A stretch of DNA of 64,000 nt from the human T2T-CHM13v2.0 reference genome, Homo sapiens. The translations under genes were made by a program, and so were the position numbers. Every line of letters starts with the position of its first letter. The stretch's first letter is position 1. The stretch lies in assembly GCF_009914755.1 (NCBI RefSeq), contig NC_060929.1; one strand, given 5' to 3'. Positions 57,755-64,000 of this stretch are shown piece after piece. The notes below the pieces were generated by a model. It worked only from the letters and a program-made list of their open reading frames with translations, made no database searches and was not told where the DNA came from.

Positions 57755-57968
57755 TCAGTCTTGTCCAACTTACAGCTCACAGGCTGCCTGTGGCCTATGA
57801 TGGCTTTGAATGCGGCCCACCACAAATTTGTAAACTTTCTTAAAACATTATGAGATTTTTTTTTTTTTGAGCTCTTTAGGTATCATTAGTGTTAGTGTAT
57901 TTTATGTGTGGCCCAAGACAATTCTTCCTCCAGTGTGGCCTAAGGAAGTCAAAAGATTGGACACCTCT
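57755..57968 (-). mobile_element. MER30
   Basis: ttgaatgcggcccaccacaaatttgtaaactttcttaaaacattatgag..tgtgtggcccaagacaattcttc..aaaagattggacacc. Confidence 0.85.
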
Positions 57969-58503
57969 GCTCTACATGATCTGGTCTCCCATTACCTCTC
58001 TGACTACATGTCTTTGTATTCTCTCTCCCTTTGTTCCAGCCATACTTACCACCCTGTTTCTTAAGTACACTAGGCCTACTTCTACCACAGGGCCTTTGCA
58101 CTGACTGCTTCTTCTTTCTAGAATGCTTTTGGATCCATACAGCTAATTCCTTCATAGCTTTTACATGTTGTTCAAATGTCACCTTTGCAGTAAAGCATAT
58201 CCCAACCTCCCTATTTAAATTGAAGCTTTGCAACTTCCATAGCCCCTACCCCTATCTCCTCCACCCTGTTTTATCTCCTCTTTTTACTTCAGCGCTTATC
58301 ATTATTCTATATATGTATTACATATTTTTTACATGTATTTTTAATTGTGTTCCCCTATTAAAATGTAAAATCCATGAAGGCAGGCATTTTTATCTGTTTT
58401 GTTGTCTTATGCCACATTCTAAAGCATTTGTCTGAGGCATAGAAGTACTCAGTAGGTTTTGTTTGAATGAATGACTGACTTGATTGGGTGTTTGAATCTG
58501 TAA

Positions 58504-58828
<325 letters not shown>

Positions 58829-59439
58829 ATGAACCTGTAATTTTTGATTTGCAGTCTGAAACACTGAATTATTTATCACTTCCATGTATCATGCTATTTC
58901 TTGCCTCCAAGTTTTTACTCATGCAGACTCTTCTATTTGGAATGCCCTTCCTTATCTTTCTTCCTCTACCCCTAAGTTGTTTTCACCTGACCATTTCTCT
59001 TTAAAGATTCGTATAATATTAGATGTAACTCAAGGAAGCCTTCCCTAAAATGTCAGGCCAGGGTAAGTGCTGCTTTTCAGAGGAGCTCCCTTCCTACCTC
59101 TGCATTTTACAAACTTATATTATAATTCTGTTTGGGTGTCTCTATTTCAGTAGAGAGTTGCGAATGTGTCTTACTGATCTTTGGGATATCAAATCCTGGT
59201 ACATAGGAAGTAATCAGTGAATGTTTTAATGCATTAATGGCATGATCAAGGACACTCAGCTATGAAGCATAGTTTTGATTCCAACCTGGGTCTTTTGAGT
59301 GTAAAATCAATGGCTTATTTGCTATACCTTGTTTCTTAGGAAAAAGATGGCTGTCTTTAAAATAATTGAAAGGTACTGTATCCTTTTGATACAAGTAGGA
59401 GGGAGTTAATGCATTGTATAGCCCTGGACAATTTGCTCC

Positions 59440-60300
59440 TTGTTATTGCTGAAGCTGCCAGCCCTGATGAAAGTGAGTTGTGCCTTTTTCTAAGGCATTG
59501 GCTGAAATCATTGATCAGGGTTCAATTGCAGACAGCAAATTTTTAATGTTGATGAAATTAGGCACTTTTGGGGAGGAAAACATTCTTGAGATTTGTGTTG
59601 CCAAAAAGAAGAAATACTTGCCAAAGAAGAAATACATGCCAAAATTCCAAACTGTTCATGAGGCATTTATGTTTTTGCTAGATGCCATTACTACCAGTAA
59701 CTTCATGTTACATTAAACTTGTGTACCATTGGGAAATCCCAGAGTGTTTAAAGATGTTGCAAAGATTTTCTTTCAGCAGTACCGAAATTTGCTCTTAAGA
59801 TTGATTTAATTATGATTAGTTTGTTAACAGTATCTCTAACACGTAGCACAAAATTAGGTAAACTAATTTTGCGTTTAAAATACTGTTTGTTTAATCCTAG
59901 ATAATGAGCTAGACTTCCCAACTACTCTTTATGATTGGCATCCTGAGTTCAAACTGCCTTCTGAATATTATCATTATTGTCGCAGCCTATAAACTAAAGC
60001 AGTTTTATCTTCACCTAGCCCTTAAGACTAACAAAAAAGGAAATCGATTAGCTCTATAGATTCTGAAAAGGCTTCCACATTAGTAATGTCGTTGCAAATG
60101 ATAATTAGGCTTGAGATTAAGTAATCAAAAACAAATATTACCTGGAGGACATTGTATCCTGAATTTGTGTTCATTTCCATAGCTCTGCTAATCCTACAGA
60201 AGTGACTAAAATGTTGAAGTAAGCAAAGAGTTCAATCTGGTCTTGTGTGAGAGAATGCTATTAACTTACTTCTAATTTTACCTGAGCAGTGAATGAGAAT
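59440..60300 (+). mobile_element. Ancient Tigger/pogo transposase fossil
   Basis: Frameshifted motifs EAASPD, QIFNVDE, KKKKYMPKF, ENPRVFK and ILDN in DDE_1 transposase order. Confidence 0.6.
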
Positions 60301-61359
60301 TTTATTGGATAAAGAAGGAACTTGCTCATTTGAAACAGAAGCACATGGCTGCTAAGAAATGAGATGCAGCCATTGTTGAAACCTGTCAAAGTCTTGACAG
60401 TATAAATATTGACATGCTGAGACATGTCAATATTTACCATAGAATTTGGAAGTTGCCAAGTTCCTGTTTAAGAAATGTGACCCTAGCATTGGACACAGTA
60501 TATCAATAAATACGGAACATGTCCAAATGAACAGCTGCTCAGGGAAAATAAAATTACATCTGTCTAAACGTTGGGGCACTTAAAAAGTTAAAGTTTAAAT
60601 GTTTATGATTTTTTTTTGTAATTTTTAGGTAGATGCTTGTATGATATAGTATACTAATAGAGTTCCATGTATGGGTTTAACATAAAATGACAGTATCATT
60701 GCTATTTATAAGTTTGTAAATTAGCTGTGCTGTGATACTCATCTATAAATTGAATTTTAAAAACTTGCCAAGTGTTGTGTTTAGGAACTAACCCTTCATT
60801 TTCAACATTGTTCTTAAGGAGAAATTGGCTCATGATGACTTAGATATTAATTTGGGGAGACAAAAGTTTATACTCTGATAGCTTCTTAAATGGCAACATA
60901 GAAAATAGAAGTTTTTGCACTTTAGATGTGATAAGGGAATATGACCTTGTTGTCATTATCTGACAAGCATGTCTCAGTAGAAAATCATATTATAGATCAC
61001 CACTGTTAATTCCCATCTGAATATCACTGTATTTTAACAAAAAGCTTTTTGATGCAAAGTAGACATTTGAGCTTTTATATCAAGTCATTAGAACCACACA
61101 ATCTTACATTGTTTTGCGGACTTCTAGAAGAAGTTTAAACTTAGCAATTCTTTGAACGACAGTCCTAAAACAATCTTAAGAACATAAAACATGGGTATCA
61201 GGACTTGTTTTCTCATTGCTTCTCCTTTCTAATGGTAGTGATAGGTGGCTTTTAAATAGTAATCTAATCATTTAACCAGTTCATAATATTGTATGAGTTC
61301 TTAGAAGAAATGAATGATTTATTAAGTCCATATAGTAGCGTACATTGTAATTAGCTATA

Positions 61360-61873
61360 GAGTTGAACCTTGAACAATATAGGGGTTAGGGATGCCAACC
61401 TCTCACGCAGTTGAAAATCCATGTATAACTTTTGGCTCCTTCAAAACTTAACTACTAATAGTTTATTGTTGACCAGAAGCCTCATCAATAACATAAACAG
61501 TTGATTAACATATGTTTTGTGTGTTATATGCATTATGTACTGTATTCTTACAATAAAGTAAGCTAGAAAAAAGTAAATGTTATTAAGAAAATCATAATGA
61601 AAGGAAAATATATTTACTATTCATTAACTGGAAGTCGATCATCATAAAGGTCTTCATTCTTGTCTTCATGTTGAGCTGGCTGGGGCGGAAGAGGAAGAGA
61701 AGGATTGATCTTGCTGTCTCTGGGCTGGCAGAGGTGGCAGAGGTGGCAGAGGTAGAGGAGGTGGAAGAGGAGGCAGGAGAGGTGGACACAGTTGGTGTAA
61801 CTTTTATTGAGAAACTTTAGAGTGTAAGTGGACCCACACAGAACAAACCTTCAGTTGTTCAGCGATCAACTGT
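61360..61873. mobile_element. Tigger2a/2b (MER28-like)
   Basis: agttgaaccttgaacaa ... gttgttcagcgatcaactg termini; cagttgaaaatccatgtataactttt. Confidence 0.85.
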
Positions 61874-62155
61874 GTATGTGCCTTAATTTAATTTCTCAGT
61901 TTTTATCTAGTTTTTTTTTTCAAAAACAGTTTTCTAAGACATTGGCTGGTTCTCTCTCTTTCTCATTTTGTCCTGAGTCAAAGAAATCCCTTAGATATTA
62001 AATCAGACATACCTGAACTGAATGTTCGTACCTAAATGCGTAACCATGATCTTTATGTTCTTGAATGTTCTAATTTGGTTGAATTTTTTTGGCCATCAGC
62101 TAAATAGATATCTCTGTTTTATATAACCTCTAAACAAGGTTTAATTAAAAAATCA

Positions 62156-62491
<336 letters not shown>

Positions 62492-62510
62492 CTATAAAAT
62501 TTGTCCTGGT

Positions 62511-62804
62511 TGGCTGAGCACAGTGGCTCACACTTGTAATCCCAGCACTTTGGGAGGCCGAGGCAGGTAGATCATTTGAGGTCAGGCGTTTGAGACCAGC
62601 ATGGCCAACATAGTGAAACCCCATCTCTACTAAAAATACAAAAATCAGCCAGGCGTGGTGGTGCATGCCTGTAATCCCAGCTACTCAGTAGGCTGAGGCA
62701 GGGGAATCACTTGAGCCTGAGAGGTAGAGGTTGCAGTGAGCCGAGATGGTGCCACTGTACTCCAGTCTGGGTGACAGAGTGAGACCCTGTGTCAAAAAAA
62801 AAAA
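62511..62804 (+). mobile_element. AluS/J
   Basis: Full Alu 42 bp downstream of the previous one; degenerate TSD ending tcctggt. Confidence 0.95.
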
Positions 62805-64000
62805 ATTTTTTTTTTCCTGGTCATAGCGTGTTCATTGTTTCAGCAAGCAAGATGTCATACTAAAATACACAAAAAAATTAATACAATCTTATCTTTGAAA
62901 ATTTAGTAATTTACTCTTTTTTTGGTGTATGTCTCTTCTTTATTTGGTTTGGAGCTACATGCCTTGTTAAAATGAAAAGCATGTACCTCATTTTTCTGGA
63001 TATTTTGTATTTCTGATGTTTCACTGGGCAGTCTTGTACCTTGGCCAAAGTGGAATATTTATGCAGGCAGAATTGAATTTAATAATATACATTTCAATTG
63101 TTAAGGAAAAATAATTTTCAAGGCATTGGAATTGTATTGTCGTTGCTACTGGTGAATCTACTAGTTGATTGTTGGTATTTCATTTTCTGAACATTGGATT
63201 CCTCAGGCAAACCTTCTCTTATACCTCTTATTTTTGTTTATATTGGTCCTGTAATTTTTTTACCTTAGAAAATGCAGCATCTTTTTATGTCATTTAGCAG
63301 GTATTTGATGTATCTTGTCATTATTTTATTACTACTTTAACTCTGCTGTAGCAAAATTCTATACTACCTTGTATATATTTACTTATTTTTTAAATAACTA
63401 ACAAGTTTAATTATAATTTATATAGAACTCTGTATTGTCATGTTCTCCTAAGTGGATGAAAAGTTTCTGGAGAGAAAGTGTCATTACTTTTTTTTTCTGA
63501 TCTGCTAGAGTTCTCATTGAACACAAAGTTTGCACATACTGCTTCCTTAATGAATGACTGGTAGATGGAGTGGAATTTTTACAACTGACGTTCTGCAGGT
63601 TGATTTCAGTTCGTTATTTCAACTTAATGGGAAATTTTTAAAACATATTAAGTGACTATGAAACTAACTTGACTCTGAATAGCTTTTCAGATCAGCATTT
63701 TAAATTTTGCTGTGCAGAATTGCTTCTCTTGCACAAAGTAGTGTGGCTTCATTTGTTAATAAACATTTCATTAATTCTTTTGGGGAAGTGTTTGATTAAA
63801 AATAAATTTTTTTTTCTAAGACATGTAACATTCCCAGCTTCTCCCTAATAAGAAAATTATTCATGATAGTTCTGTAGTTTGAAGATTGTTGATGCATATA
63901 ACATTTCCAACTTCCTTCTAATAAGATAATCATTCTTGATTGTTCTGAAGTTTAAAGATTATTGATAATTTGACTTCATTTTCACTTCATTGTACTTTAT

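Larger units (their letters stand above)
56850..58480 (+). mobile_element. L2a 3' region with nested insertions
   Basis: ttggagtcatccttgactcctt..acagggcctttgcac..tgtaaaatccatgaaggcagg..tttgtttgaatgaatga. Confidence 0.75.

Noticed and set aside
61592-61789. Ser/Thr-rich ORF with (ggcagaggt)n repeats
   Set aside because: Purine-rich internal tract of Tigger2

Overview
Primate (hominoid, human-like) genomic DNA: AT-rich and dense in Alu, L1, L2, MIR, Tigger and MER elements. It holds the complete 4-exon TMEM167A (kish-A) gene on the minus strand (72 aa, rebuilt by hand from the splice sites and missing from the ORF track). The H/ACA scaRNA SCARNA18 (U109) lies in intron 2. A CpG-island bidirectional promoter is shared with XRCC4, whose non-coding first exon and the start of intron 1 are on the plus strand. 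The first ~24 kb is intergenic. The most unusual structure is a young, 5'-truncated L1PA2-like insertion in TMEM167A intron 3. Its 5' junction contains an inverted copy of the flanking genomic DNA, giving a 104-bp arm / 10-nt loop palindrome with 1 mismatch. Gene and repeat names come from recall of consensus sequences, not from a search. No prokaryote-type system is present.
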